Assembly: GCA_051362555.1 (NCBI GenBank)
Contig: CM120644.1
Location: forward strand, 23,830,534-23,894,533
Length of the DNA: 64,000 bases
DNA from: Lingula anatina
Taxonomy: Eukaryota; Animalia; Brachiopoda
Direction of reading: 5' to 3'
Of this stretch, positions 24,763 to 39,869 are shown one piece after another. The first letter of the stretch is position 1; each line of letters starts with the position of its first letter. A program made the position numbers and the translations under genes. The notes below the pieces were generated by a model. The model was not told where the DNA came from and ran no database searches. It was given only the letters and a program-made list of their open reading frames with translations.

Positions 24763-26768
24763 TTAACACTCGTATCTCACTGGGGGAATCACCTTACGGC
24801 CACTCCTGGTCACCACCGGAGAATCACAGTGTAATGTAGCCGATATCGGTGAATCCTGTTGTGAATCCTCCTCAACTGAAACAATTTCCTCCAATTTCTC
24901 TTTGACCCCACCACATAGTTTCTTTTGTAAACTCTGCAATCTCACTGGAATATTGTCAGTTCTCAGTTTGCAAGGTTTTAAAAGATCATGATGAACTACA
25001 CTATAGTTGTGAGCATCAGATATTTGATACAATATTGGAGAAAGAGATTTACTGACCACGTAAGGGCCTTTCCATAATGGCTGTAACTTTTTGGACTGTC
25101 CAACCTTACCTCCACAATTCATCTTAAAAACTAAATCACCTACTGAATACTTATGAGTATAGGTGTGTGCATCATAATACTGTTTTTGTATTTTTAATGA
25201 TGTACCTAAACATTTTCTCGCAATGTCATGAGCTGCAACCAACCTTTCTCTTTATGTAACAGTATAACTATTAGGCTCTGGCAGCTCTAAATCAGTCACT
25301 TGTAACATAAAATCAACAGGTTGCCTAGTCTCTCTTCCCAACATCATCATATTGGGCGTAAGGCCCGTTTCCCTATTTGAGACAGCTCTTAATGCGCTAG
25401 TTAAGAGAGATAGATGCATATCCCAATTATTTACACAGCCCTCTAAAAAACATCTAATTGCTTGTAATAACGTACGATTGTACCTCTCTACTTGCCCATT
25501 GGAACAAGGCCTATAAGGAGTTGTGCGTGTTTTTTCTATGCCCATTAACCTACATATCTTTTTAAAAAGAACACTGGCAAAATTTGCCCCTTGATCAGTA
25601 TGTAAGTATGTCGGGCAGCCAAATCGTGAAATAAAGTTGTTAACTATCACCGTAGCTACTGTCTCTGCCGTTTGGTTAGGGATAGGGTATGCCTCTACCC
25701 ATTTTGTAAACTGACAGACTAAGACTAATATGTATTTATTGCCTGCCTCGCTAGTGTTAAAGGGACCAAGGATATCTACATGTATTCTTTCACCCGGAGC
25801 ACCTGCATGGTAATTTGTTAAGGGTGCTTTTTGTTTTCTATTTGCCTTTTTGCTTTTACAACAATCACTGCATGCTTGTACATACAATTTACAGTCAGTG
25901 GTCATACCATACCAGTATACAGATTGATGTAATTTGAATAATGTTCTTGTAATCCCTTGGTGACCAACAGACACAGGATCATGACATAACCTCAATACCT
26001 CGTTTCTCAATTCCCTGGGCACTATATAACAAGGTATCACTGAATTTTGATTTTGCCATTGATAATACAGTATACCATTTTTCAAAAGTAGCAGCTGTAA
26101 ATTTGTCCAGTAGTATTTGACAGCTGGTGATTGAAGACTGATTTCCCTTTTGTTAGGCTGTAAATCATTCTCAATCCAAAATAAAATAACCTTGATATCA
26201 GGGTCTACTAACTGCTTTTGTCTAAGTTGCTCCTGAGAAAGCATTGATAATAACTGAATCCCACAACTAGATTGAACTGTTCTAACTGATAATGGGATGA
26301 TATCGTCGTCTTCAATAAACTTTCCCCATTGTTCCTCTATTCGTTTACAATGGTGACATCCATTGCATGGAAGTTTGCTAACATCGCAGCCGTCTATGTA
26401 TCGATCACAATTTGGATATTCTTGTGGAATGCGAGATAATGCATCGGCCTTGGTATGTTTACCTCCTGATCTGTAAACAATTCTAAAACTAAATTGGGAT
26501 AGCTCTTCTATCCATCTTGCTAACATGCCAGTCAAGGACTTAAATCGCATTAACCATGCTAAACTACTATGGTCTGTACGAACTAAAATTTCCCTGCCTA
26601 ACAGATAATGTCTATACTGACGAACAAGCCTCACAACAGCGAGCAATTCTTTCTTTGTCGTGCAATATTTCTTTTGACTTGGAGATAACAAATAGCTACC
26701 ATAACTAATCACACGCTCTTCCCCATCTTGAATTTGCAATAGCTCAGCACCGATAGCTTCATTTTAAG
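24763..26768 (-). pseudogene. Ty3/Gypsy pol fragment, copy B: RNase H and integrase
   Basis: Near-identical to copy A. Open through the position of the copy A stop, but with its own stop at 25252-25254. Confidence 0.95.
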
Positions 26769-26780
26769 CTATCGGTGCTT

Positions 26781-26967
26781 TCTCAGGTGTTGCGAGATAG
26801 GGCTCGCGTCTTTCGGCATTTGGGGGGGGGGGGAGGAGTGTAGTGCCAGGGGCAGGTAGAACCGGCCGGGTAGCTCAGTAGGTAAGAACACTCGCCCTGT
26901 AAGCGAGGGGTCCCGGGTTCGATTCCTGGTCTGGTCGGTGATTTTTCTGCACTCACCCCAATGCACA
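26781..26967 (+). mobile_element. Helenus-like TRIM remnant, copy B
   Basis: PPT 26822-26838 and LTR TGTAGTG...GCACA at 26839-26967. Confidence 0.65.
26864..26937 (+). tRNA. tRNA-like sequence (Thr/TGT-like), copy B
   Basis: Same sequence as 7072-7145, followed by T5. Confidence 0.7.
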
Positions 26968-28013
26968 GTTCGCCCTCTATATTACCCAACAGTTCGCCCT
27001 CAAAATTTCCCAAATTTTCGGGGCTCTTCAGCAGTCCCCGAACCCTACACAAAGGGGGTAGGGGGGTAGGGTCGGCTTAGCTTACAGAGCGTATTATGAC
27101 CCTCTTCCTCTACGAAATACAATATAAGTGGGACATTCTGAAACATAAAACAGAAATAAAATGAAATGTATTAATATCTGTAAACATTTTATGTCAAGGT
27201 ATTTCCCTCGCGGTTAGTAATTATTTGGAGAGGTATTAAATAAACAATGATAAACAATGGCGGATTTAGGGGAGGTTGGAGTTGGGGCGAATGCCCCTTC
27301 TGAATTTTCAAAATATAATGTACACATTTTTAGATATACGAACCCCTCCTTATGATAAAATTCTAGTTTGTATATTCTCAAATTCTTTGGGTTCTAATTC
27401 ATGTCATTTCATTAATTGGATCCCTTTGCAGTGGGGATGTAATATCTACCAGCTGTTACACAGTGATGAATAATTAAATGTTCTAAAAAGTGACGGTGAA
27501 ACCAGCCCTTTTACATTGGAAAAGGAAGAAAAGGCGCACAGTACAAAAATGTATCATATATTCTGCTTGGTCAAACAGAATTGGGTAATCGTAAATCTAA
27601 TACGTCATATAAGGAGATATCTGAAAACCTCCTTTAAGGCCAAATATCTCTGTTATTCCGTATATCTTACTTTTAAAATGATTTTCCTCGCAACTTTCAT
27701 ACATATCATTTGATATGATATTGACTTCTCACTAAAGGTAAACAAGATTGTTGCAATCTTAGACCTAAAGAGATGTTTAGATTAAAAAAAGTGCTTAAAC
27801 TTGCACTTGTCACACATTCCTAAGTAACATACATGTACCTTCAGGTGGGCCCTTAAACTATGCTCCGTCTCTACCAATCTGATGACCAAGGTTTATTGGT
27901 GTCATGTGGAAGCTTATTAAGTCATAGATCAGATTACCCTGTATGTGTGTTAACAGTTTCGAATGAGTAGCTTTCAAATGGAAACAGCCTTCATATAACA
28001 CCATGTTGCTTAA

Positions 28014-31000
28014 GTGCAAGTTTTTCTAACCACCAGGCAAATCAGCCAAAAAGCGGCAAGGTGGGGTTCTCACAGAATACACTCATTTTGCCCACAGTTA
28101 ATCACCTTTGTGACCTTAATTAAACTGTAAAATATTAAAGCTTTCCGTTGCGTTATTGTCTAGATACAGCCATATGAATATTTCACTGCCTCGCGTGGCT
28201 CCCGTCTCACTTTTCAGCTGTGTGAGAGGTGTATTTTTCACCGAAGTTTGCTTCACAAATGTGCATCAAGTGATCAATTCATTACTTCGGTCAATACCAA
28301 AATTGAAAGATGGATATATAATCTTTATAACGACAGAGATTTATATCATAAATCCGTTGCTATGGTTACAAACTACCGAGGTTATTTGAGGTCACTTGAT
28401 GACTGCCGCAGATACCCACACTGCCAATAGCCTTATATCTCCACTAGTAGAGCACCTTAGATAATTTCACTGATATTTACTGAAAATATGGACAAGGGGC
28501 CTACCATAAATTAAAACACTGGCGTGGCCTTTTGCCTACAAATTTTGCAACAGCGACGCAAATTCTTCTATTTTCTGGCTACTTTATCGTAAAGCATTTT
28601 TTCTTCCCACAGATTCGATTTGTATTCAAGAATGTTTAAGTTAATTTCAACGTTAGTTAGGGACTAATTAACTGAAATAGTCTTCTGTAGTTTTTATTTA
28701 TTGATTCCTGGATAATAAGTATATGCTAAGTTCAAATACGGGGGTTAACATGCGTTCGAAACTAAATTCGTGTAGGCGGCCATGACAGTTTCAAGTAGCA
28801 GTGGTGGAAGACGTGCGAAGAATGCACTGCAGATTTTCCGAATTTCAAGCAGCAAAGCGCATACTTTGTTGCTCTGTAGACCGTTACAAAGACGGAAAGG
28901 TTGTGCGATACTAAGGAGATACGACTAGATGATTGGGCTCACATCCCGATGCTAAAAGTTACATGCAGAGTGAGAGGCTAATGAGAGGCAATGTCATCAT
29001 CAGAGGAAATGGAGAGTGAGCTCGACTCAGTCGTGTGTCCTGCGCATCGTCACATGCTATGGATCCTTTGGGGAGCTGCAAGAACACGTCAACTACTTCT
29101 TCGGACCAAGTTATTATTGTAGGACTTTCCTTGCTCGGACCAAGCGGGAGCTTTCATGCACAGTCAGTGTATTCAAATTTTTATCAAGACGAAGCCGAGA
29201 TGTTCAGTTCGTTGGGCCCAGGTAATTAAAAAGTTGACATTCGTCACATCTTTATAATTAATTAACACACCGAATTCACATACAGACGGAAGGTTGATAA
29301 TGGTATGATATCTGTGTTGTTTGAATTAAATATGCATAGTAATTAGACAAGTGAAGCTAAGTCATCATCTAAATACTGCTATCTCTGACCCTCAGAACCA
29401 CAGCAAATTTGTTATTACATATAGTGAAAAGAGCTTATGTTTTGTACTGTACATGTTAGCAGTGTAAACTTTTTTGTTTGTATGAGCAACAAGTTACAGA
29501 ACCCTCACAACAAAATAATACTGCTTTTGTAGATCATTGCTAGTGATTAAAAGAGTAACAATCATATCACAATTACATGAATAATATTATATATATATAT
29601 ATATATGAAATAAAGCTTAGTTGTAGCCTAAAATGGGGTTTCATGGTAAATTTTGTTGGTTGAAAATTAAAACCATTCAGTTGATTAAAGAATAAATTTT
29701 TGTTGTTATTTTAGCTAGAAGATGTTTGGAGACTGGTCAGAAAGAGCAGTCAGGAATCAGATATATGGAAAAGAAAATAAAGTGATTAATCCAAGCACCC
29801 GAAAAAGAAGTTTTGTGAAGAGTATTGACTTACTGCCCAACAGACTGAAATGTATTTTTGATGTTTATCTACTTTGAACAAGTATTTGTATCTACAGTTG
29901 AAGGACACCAATGACCTGACAGATAGCTAATGTCAGTCATGATGATCCAAGCAAGTAGCAAGGAGATCCCCCATAAGGAAGTACAGTAATTTATGGGAGC
30001 TTCATTAAATGATGAAAACACTTTTCGATGACCTTTTTTTACAAGGAGCTTTTCAGACATGAATTTTTGCCCCAGAAACGTGGAATTCCGCATTTTTTAA
30101 TTCAATTCAAGGTGCCCCGGACCTCTGGCCGCTTAGGTGTTGAGTCCCATGATAAATGTTCGGAGTTCTTTATTTATTTATTATTTTTTTTTTTGAAACC
30201 TAGGATCATGTCTGCTTTTTTTCTGTTTCATTTTACTGAAGATATCCGTGAATGCCACCTTTAAATGGGATAAGATCTTACTGAGATATTGATATGGAAT
30301 ATCATATTTTTATTCCTTGGAGCAGAAGATCAGTTTGACTTAAATATTTGGAAGCAGCAATATATGTTCCTGGTCTTGAGTAGTGCAAAAGAATCCATGA
30401 ATTACACTGTTACAGAAGTTCAGCTTATTTCTTCATTCTTCTCAGGAAGGGGATTCAGTTGGATAATATAGATTTGCATTACTTTGATGTTTTTGTAGAA
30501 TGAAAATCAGCCTTACTTTTTTTTTTGAAACATTCACTTAAATCTTGAGTCAAAACTTTGTCGGTGTCTTATTCAGTTAAGGGTGACAGCAGTAGTCTTG
30601 AATGGCAGTTACAATGCCTTCCGCCCATTTATTAAGTTATTGGTAATAAATATTTTCCAGTATGAAGATTTGAATTGTTTGCTACACTTCCAAATAATTT
30701 GCTTATTTATACTTAAACTTAAAAGATCCAATAAAGAGATGATTATGCATTATGAAACATTGTTGATTGATTAAAAGCTGTGTGTGTGATTGGTGCCCAC
30801 TTGTGTCCAATAATTGTTGAAGTAGTAGATCAAAAGAAATGTGAAAGGAATACAGTTTTCTTTATATGATTAAATGTAAGAAAAATGTGGGTTTTTTGTC
30901 GTTTTATTTTCTGAATAATTAAATTTATTAGGCTAAAAATATTTTTAATTAATTTTGTAAGCTATAGTGTTACAGGGAATACCATTCCCAGGTGTACAAT

Positions 31001-31795
31001 CCAGATGGAAGCTATTGAGCAAAGGGTAAAAACTTGAGGCCAAGTAGCAGGTTGAAAAGGGTTTATGTCTTGACCAAAGCTACATAAATTTCTATCACAA
31101 GTCATCAAAATATGAATATGACGGTTTTAATCCCAAAGGTAGGCTCTGTTATAGGGCAATTGCCTATTCTTGTGAAGTCCATTGTTCAATTCTGCCGTGA
31201 TTAGAGTAATTGAGCAGGTATTACTGGCCAAGACAAGAGCAACACCCATCCAAATTTTACAATTTTCGGATATTTTAATATTAAAATATATCACCAACAA
31301 AAGAAAAGGCCACGAGGATCTCCTTTGTACTTTATATTTTTAATGTTCCTTTACAAACCCATACAGGTTTGACAGCCATAGGGCCTCTACTAGTGGGTAT
31401 ATGACCCTCTGAAAATCGCCATGCGTAAACTTAGTTTTGGGGGGTGGGGTAAAAAAAGTGGGTACAGTCTGGACAAGGTAGGTTACATTTTAAGTTTGAA
31501 TGTCTTGGGGGGAAGAATATTGATCAACAAAATACATCATACATGTACATATTAAATATATTACTAGATAAGAGTATAATAAGCATATATATGAGTGACG
31601 TGTATGATAACTGAAAATCTGCTTCGAAAGCTGGAAAAACAGAAAATTGGGCATAAATCCCCTGAAATACAGTTTTATGGCATAACATTTGGCAGAAGTT
31701 AAAAGGGTCCTCAGGCAAGTATTTCAGCCCAATAAGGTCAAATTCTGTGAACCCCCACCTTGCCGCACTTGTCTGGTGCTTAAAAAAACTGGCAC
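28014..31795. mobile_element. 3.8 kb TTAA-targeting DNA transposon with no intact ORF (Sola3-like by inference)
   Basis: TTAA|GTGCAAGTTTTTCTAACCACCAGGCAA...GCGGCAAGGTGGGG matches CCCCACCTTGCCGC..TTGTCTGGTGCTTAAAAAAACTGGCAC|TTAA. Empty site GTTGCTTAAATACTCG at 8215-8230. Confidence 0.85.
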
Positions 31796-34700
31796 TTAAA
31801 TACTCGTAAACCAGTCAGTCTTCTTCAGGTAAGATTACCGCACATTATGATAATTATTTTGCACTTTCCACCACGTCTACTTGAACCTGTCATGGTAGCC
31901 TACTCCAACTTAGTTTTGAATGCATTTCAACTTACTATGTACTTAATATGCAGTAATAAATCAATAAAAGGTGCAGAAGACTACTTCAGTTATTTAGTCC
32001 CTAATCCACGTTGAAATTAATCAAAACAGCCTTGAAAGCCAATTGAAACTGTGGGGAGGGAGAAACTTTTACGATAATGTAGCCGAGGAAAAAAAATATA
32101 TACGTCACAGGATTTTATGAGAAGAAGGCTCGTCGATGTTTTAATTTATGGTAGGCCCCTTGTCCATAGTTTCAGTAAATATCAGTTGATAATCTCTAAG
32201 GTGCTCTAATAGATAAAAGGTAATCAAGTAACCTCAAATGACATCGGTAGTTTGTAACCTTATCAACGGAATTATGATATTGCTCTTTGTCGTTATATAG
32301 ATTGTGGTATTGGTCAAAGTAATGGATTGATCAATTCAGGCACATTTGTAGATAAAACTTCGGGAAAACCACACAGTTGAAATGTGAGACAGAAGGAAAT
32401 GAAATATGCATGTTGCTGTATCTCGATAAACGCAACGGAAAGCATTAATATTTTACAGTTTTATTAAGGTCACGAAGAATAGTAACTGTGAGCAGAATGA
32501 GCTTATACTTCGTTTGTTAATAATCTTTGTTTATCTTGAACCTGCTGCTTTGTAGATAATACAATTCAATTTTACAACTTCCACATTTTCGCAGTTTTAT
32601 AATGCCCATACCTAAGTCCTGAAAACTGAAAAAAAACAATCTCAAGACAAATGCTTAAAAGAATGTAGTAGCTAGACTTATATCCTTCCTAAGGGGTCTT
32701 TAAGACTGGGTTCACATGCCTAGATCGATCCATCTTGATTGGTCTAACTCTGTAATAATATGAATCCAAATGACACCAAGGCACGCATCAAAACTTATGG
32801 GTACTTTAAAAAATTAGGATATTCTTTTTAGCAAATATAAAACGAACTTAAATAAATGAAATGGATCATTGTCTAACATTCTAACATTCAGTGTACATCC
32901 GTTTTTAGAGAGCATCTAAAAGTTTTAGGCTTCAAAATTTTGACTTCAAAAACTGAGGCAGCCATGGACAGGTTAAGTCAGTACCGGTGTTTTGGCCAAT
33001 ACCACTCCATTGATTAAATCACTTTGGACATAAATAAATTAAAAATGTCACTAGCAGGGACATTAAATCCAATTTACGCAACATTTAACTTTCCAAATGG
33101 GAACAACTCGCACAGAAATTATTTTAGATAAACTCCTTAAAGGCCCAATCTCTCTGTGATATTGTACTTCTCACTTTCAAATTGATTTTCCATATTAATT
33201 CCATATTGAGCGTGTTATGCCCCCTTCCTCTACGAAAGAGAATATCATTGGAACATTCTGAAACATAAAACAAAAATAAAATGAACTTTATTAATATCTG
33301 TAAACATTTTATGTCAAGGTATTTCCCTTGCGGTTAGTAATTAATTGGAGAGGTATCAAATAATGAACAATGGGGGATTTAGGGAAGGTGGGCGTTCGGA
33401 CGAATTCCATGACTGAATTTTTAATATGTACACGTTTTTTAGTAAATCGACCCCCTCCTTATAATATTACATAATGTTTAAAGACATAAAAACAATACAA
33501 TTGCTCATGCAGAAATACAGAAAATGCACAGAGCTTCTGGTGGATGGGAGTTTAAGGTCACATCTTGAAGATGCTAGTGTTTGAAAAAAATTTAAAAAAG
33601 AAAAATATATAAAACTAAACAAAAAAAAATCCCCATAAAACTGCTTTTCAAACTATTAATCTAGCTGTATTAACATGATATGAATAACCCTAATGAGTTT
33701 AAGAATAATAAGGCACTGATATTCATCTATAGCATTAATATTGGCATTTCACAGATTTTTTTCTTTTGTAAACTTATTTGCACTATTAAACAACATTAAC
33801 CTGTATAATTATCACTGATTTCTAATTATGTGACACAAGAGAGCTAAATTTATGGGACTTTAATATCAAAGTGTGTTTTATGCAATCTTATTTAATGGCC
33901 ACTTGAAAGCTGATTAGATAAGTGACTTAATAGCCCTGAATTTAGCTAGTAATTACCCAAGGGACAATTACATACTGACCACCATCCATATACAGTAGCA
34001 CCATATAGCACTCTGTAGAACTGCATTGCTTCCAAAACAGAAAAAAAACACACTAATTTTCCAACACAAGCTGTACTTCAGTCTAATGAAACTTTTCAGT
34101 AAGTTTAAGTATCATAAGTAACATTGTTTTTCCTTAATGGTCATCCTGGCAGCGATGTCCAAAATAAGGATTTCTTCAACTTTTATGCAATACAACATAA
34201 TGCTGAACAGCATAATGACCATTAATTTTTAAGAATAAAGTAAAATTCTCATGAACATTCAGAAAATGTGACTAGCAAATGTCTTCAAGCCAATGGAAGT
34301 TAAAAGTCACACCTTGAAAATGCCAAAATGTAAACAAGAGATAACTGTACTGAAATGATTTTCTTTCCATTTTCAACACCTTTTTTTACATAAAATAATC
34401 AATTTACTGTCATTTTTTTAATGATCAACAAAAAAAAAAAAAAAAAAAATTGACATAGAAAAAATATCAATAGAACAATGTTAAATGTCCAATTTGCTCC
34501 ATTCTGAGATTCTGAACATAGTGAATAAATATGACAAACTGTAAAAATATGAGTTTCTTTCCATTTTTCACACTTTATTACACAATACACAATAACAGGT
34601 TAACCATCATTTCTATGTAATCAACTAACAATATTGTTAAAAAATGCAGAATAATGCAGAAAATGTCAAAAGAACACCTTTACATATCTAATTAGTTCAA

Positions 34701-34970
34701 AATTAAGACTGTCTATGAATGTCTAAGAATTAAAACTAAGGAAAAATACTTATATACAAAACAAGGCATAATTTCACCGAAACTTAACCGATCAAGCTTA
34801 TTTTTAAACTCCATCTGTATTCCAGTAAGACTGATCGCTCCTGTGAATTTCACGACAATTGGCTAATTGATTTTCTTTGAAATGGTATTGCATATATGAT
34901 GAAAAAAGTGAAAAAACAGCATACATTTTATAAAAATGGCCCAATTATGCTGATTTTCGAACTTGACCTG

Positions 34971-35181
34971 GACCCGGTTGCACCAACCGGTCGTAAGTGA
35001 GGCGTAGCAGTTGCGCCGGCGTAAACCGGGCGCAAAATGCTACGCCCGAGAAAAGCCAGTTGCACCAAACTGGAGAGTTTGATGACAATTATCGTAGTTA
35101 ACGTAGATTATGTGGGTTGTTTATTGTTTGTTTCTTACACAAAACTTCCGTCTGTATAGCTTGGTTTTTTAAAAACTAATT

Positions 35182-35214
<33 letters not shown>

Positions 35215-36134
35215 TGATTATTAAATACATTACGTGTGTAGCCATGTACATGTACATGCATGTGTTCAAATTAAATCTTACCACTCATGTCGGCACGCCT
35301 TGGCTCTCAGCAGTACGGTTTCTTTAATTCTTTTCACAATTTTTGACAAACCATATACCTAACCATAGTCATTTTTTATTCACATTTTATATCATTCATA
35401 TTTTACTATATATAAACATAGAGACGAAAGCTTAAAATATCAACATTTTAAGGCTCATATAATATGTATTAGGTCTCTTGTATTTCTCAATCTCCAAGAT
35501 GTAAGCTCGATTGAATTAAATGATACCTCACGGTGTAACCATAGATAAAAAAGGTCATGAAATTGTAGTAAAATTATAAAAAGAAAGCAATGCTGGCTTT
35601 TTTGGATTATTTTCAGACTCAAATGTTCCAATAACAAATGTGAAAGTGTTCAAATCCATTAATAGAAATACGTACTGCCTCCAACGCGTTTTTCTCATTT
35701 ACAACAGCATACTATAATAGCATACGATAGCATACTATAATAATATTTTGATTCGGAATATATTTACGATTTTATTGCTATATATCCAAGGCATCAGCAA
35801 AGTTAACGTATTTTAACGTTCTTATTTCTAAATCAAAATGGAATAATGTAGCTCATGAATTTCTCCGTCACTGAAATGCTCCTTTTGTTTTTATCTATGT
35901 CATCATTCCATTATGACTGCAGCTGAGAACTCCTCATTTGCCCAATTATACCATCCACGTATTGTTGGCCAGTGGCGCAACGGAGCGTTACTCGGGCGTA
36001 GTTACGACGACCAGTTTTTGTCTAAGTGCAACGGGCGTAAGCAGGGAGAGTAAACCTGGCGCACGGACGCCAGGCGTTGCGGTTTACGACAGTCGTAGCC
36101 GAGTAAATTTACGCCCTGTTGGTGCAACCGGGCC
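34971..36134. mobile_element. PIF/Harbinger non-autonomous element (CTG TSD)
   Basis: CTG|GACCCGGTTGCACCAAC...GTTGGTGCAACCGGGCC|CTG. Empty site ACTTGACCTGTGTATT at ~11432-11447. Confidence 0.92.
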
Positions 36135-36271
36135 CTGTGTATTAAGAATATTCATCAGTTCTGTAAGTTTCAAGCCAAAAGGTTATACAGTTTTTAGCTT
36201 ATTGTGCTATCGGTGTATATATGCATATATGCTGAAAAAAGTTAAAAAAATAAACAGCTTACCTTCCTTAA

Positions 36272-37307
36272 CCCTCAAGAGACCAAGCTATTTTACTGAC
36301 TGAAATGACCAAGTGGGGTCATCTATGACCCCATTGTGCTCTGTACAGGGATCCTTATTATAAAAGGCTGTTGAGGCTTTATCACACCCATAATACTCCC
36401 AGGATTTAAGACAAGTATTTTATAATGATCTAATGTAATAAGTATTTGGTAATAATACTTTTATCGCATGAAATAACCAAGCACAGATTTTAAGAACAAC
36501 ATTACACCGGTATTTAGACAGTCATTGTCAGTTTCCACTTGCAGTAATATTTCTCTTTTTATTTGCCACACTAAATGAAAAAAGTACATTACAAAATTAC
36601 TTTGAGTAAAAATATTTTGATTTATGTTGAGATAACATCCTGCTAACTTCAATAAGAATAATTAGCTGACTTGCTGAGTAGGGAATACACTAATGCTGGT
36701 AAGGAAGTCATACTACTCAGAACACATTCAATCAACCTACATGTATGTTACTACCACAGCTGTGTGTAAAACAAAATCCACACAAACAATTTGTTAATAT
36801 ATGTATAATATGATATCGACAGAACTATTTAGATTTCAGAAATACCTAAAAATTGTAACCGTCAAAATGAGAGACCAAGTTATGAAACAATTAAGTTCCA
36901 ACAAAGCTACTGAAATTAGATTCAGCGATGCACTATTAGTAACACTTCAAGCACAATCTTCACAAACCACTTATTTGTGCCTATGTTTTGGGCACACTGG
37001 CTGGTTGCATGAAGCACATGCATGTGACATTTTCCTGTCAGTGTTGCTTGGGCAAAACATTTGAATAAAATTTAAAAACTAATATGTAAAAACCAATGCT
37101 TCTCTTTGGGGTCATAAATGACCCCACAAGAGTTTTTGATGTATACGCCACACTAATTGGTTGATCCCTACAAAAAACTGTGAAAGTGTGTAGGATTGGT
37201 AGACTGACAAACTCATGCAAGGAAAGAAAATTCGAATAAAAAATAAACAGATGGCACATTAAATCATATGGCTGGGGTCGTAAATGACCCCATTCGGTCA
37301 CTTGAGG
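36272..37307. mobile_element. piggyBac-type non-autonomous element, copy B
   Basis: Duplicate of 11574-12607, flanked by TTAA. Confidence 0.8.
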
Positions 37308-38955
37308 TTAAATTGCTTCATCCCCCCCCCCCCCCCCTTCACTAAGTAAGACGTGAATAAGAGTGCATCTCTAAGGAGATGTGGGATAAATTAACTTTTA
37401 CCTTAATTGCTTCATCCCCCCCCCCCTCTTCACTAAGTAGGCCTTGAATCAGAGTGCATCTCTAAGGAGAGGTGGGACAAACAGATCTTCTCGCCTATCC
37501 AAATATCCCTTTGCTGATATGTCACCTTTAATTGTTTGACTACTGCCCACTTCCCACCACACTAAAATATTCATAAAATATGTTTACTTGTTCATTTGTT
37601 TGCCTGACCTTTACCTTGAGGAAAGGTGGTTATATTTCGATTATTCATTTTATGATATTTTCTGTAATTGTACTCAATGAAAAATGACATAACATTTTAA
37701 AAATTCAGTTGGGAGGTTCGTCCCAACGCTGAACGCCCTAAATCCACATTTGTTAATTATTTCATCCTTCTCCAAACAATTACTGACATCAAGGGCAATT
37801 TCTTGACATAAAATGTTTACAGATATTACACAATTCATTTTTATTTTTGTTTTATGTTAAAACGTTCCACTGATATTTTCTTTCGTAGAGGGAGGGGGTC
37901 ATAATACGCTCAGTATGGAAGAGATATAGGGAATAAGTCTGAAGGTAAAAATTAAAGTATCACAGAGATGTTTCGCTTTTAAGGAGATTATCAAAAATTA
38001 ATTTTTTGCGTCTTTCTGTACGTCCTTTTTCCAATTGGAATGTTAAATGTTTAGCAACCTGGAGTTAACGTCACTGCTAATGACATGTTTTATTAATTTG
38101 GTAGACATAGCATCTCTACTTCAAAGGGAATTAATGAAAGGAGTGATATCAGTTGGAACACCAAAAATGACTTAAAATTTAGAAGATGTTCTCAAATATT
38201 GGAATAACTATCTCTACTTATGGTGCTTTCGTATAAAGACAATCCCCCCCCCTCGACCCACAGCACGGGTCAACCCCCCTAACCCAGTGATTCAACCCTA
38301 CCCCCTGAATTTGAAGGATATATACATGTACATGTATTTATACACAAATATAAAGTGAAGGGTATAAAATTCGATTATTTTCATCCATTTTATAAAATTT
38401 CTTAGTCTGATGATTCAACTCAAGTACAGAAAATATTATTTTCATTTAGCATATTATTTTCATGGAGTATAAGTACATAATTTTTTTGAAATAGAAGTAA
38501 ACAAATTATTATTTATTTTTCATAAATTACCTTTTACCTTAATTGCTTCATTTCTCCCCTTCACTAAGTAAGCCTTGAATAAGAGTGCATCTCTAAGGAG
38601 AGGTGGGATAAATTAATTTTTACCTTAGTGAAGGGGAGAAATAAAGCAATTTAGGTAAAAGATAATTTATCATTTAAGTCATTTTGGTGTTCCAACTAAT
38701 ATCACTCCTTTCATTAATTCCCTTTGAAGTAGAGATGCTATGTCTACCAAATTAATAAAACATGTCATTAGCAGTGACGTTAACTCCAGGTTGCTAAACA
38801 TTTAACATTCCAATTGGAAAAATAGACGCTCAGAAAGAAGCACGAAAATAATATTTGGTAAACTTATTTTCCATATCTATTCCATACTGATCGTATTATG
38901 ACCACAACCCTCTATGAAAGAGAATGTCAGTGGAGAGTTTTGAAACATAAGAAAA

Positions 38956-39323
38956 AGCTAGATGGTGTCGATGGGTAGCCATCGCATATCCCCGCACTTG
39001 CCCATAGAGCAGCTCACCCTAGGGACCACTTACCACACATGCACGTACACACGCATGTACGCACGTACATACACACATATCACTGCTTCATCCAAAGGTA
39101 TTTAATAATTTTGAATCAACTACCCCCCAGGGACAGCCCAACCCCCTGTTGCACTAAAATTCCAAAATGCCCATGCACATCCCTAAAGATGGGTCTACCA
39201 ATTTCCAAAATTTCACCTTCCTACCTTCAATAGTCTAGGAGGAGATAACGGAAATTATTAACACACAGACGCACGGACGGGCGGGATAACATGATCCCCG
39301 ACTTTTGTCCCAAAAGTGCGGGG

Positions 39324-39325
<2 letters not shown>
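38956..39325. mobile_element. HINE-like element copy
   Basis: Same structure as 17914-18284. Confidence 0.7.
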
Positions 39326-39360
<35 letters not shown>

Positions 39361-39820
39361 TAATAATAATAATGAAATGTATAATATCTGTAATCATTTT
39401 ATATCAAATTCATTCTCTTGCGTTCAGTAATTGTTTGCAGAGGTATCAAATAATGAACAGGGAGGTGCGCGCTCAGGCGAACAAAATTTTTAGTCAGTAT
39501 CGTTTTTCTAACTGATATCACTACACAGATTCATTCACATTGCCATAGAGATTTAATATCCACCAGGTGTTACAAATAAATGACTAAAAAATGTCGTTGG
39601 CAGTGACGTTAACTCCAGGTTGCTCAACATTTAACATTCCAATTGGAAAAATAGACGCTCTGAAAGAAGCACGAAAATAATGTTTGGTAATCTCCTTTAA
39701 AGTCAAATCTTTCTGTGATACTTTACTTTTTACTTTCAAACTTATTTTCCATATCTATTCCATACTGATCGTATTATGACCACAACCCTCTATGAAAGAG
39801 AATGTCAATAAAGAGTTTTG

Positions 39821-39864
<44 letters not shown>

Positions 39865-39869
<5 letters not shown>

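Noticed and set aside
35938-36303. 121 aa ORF
   Set aside because: It crosses a Harbinger TIR, host sequence and a piggyBac end, so it is a chance read-through.
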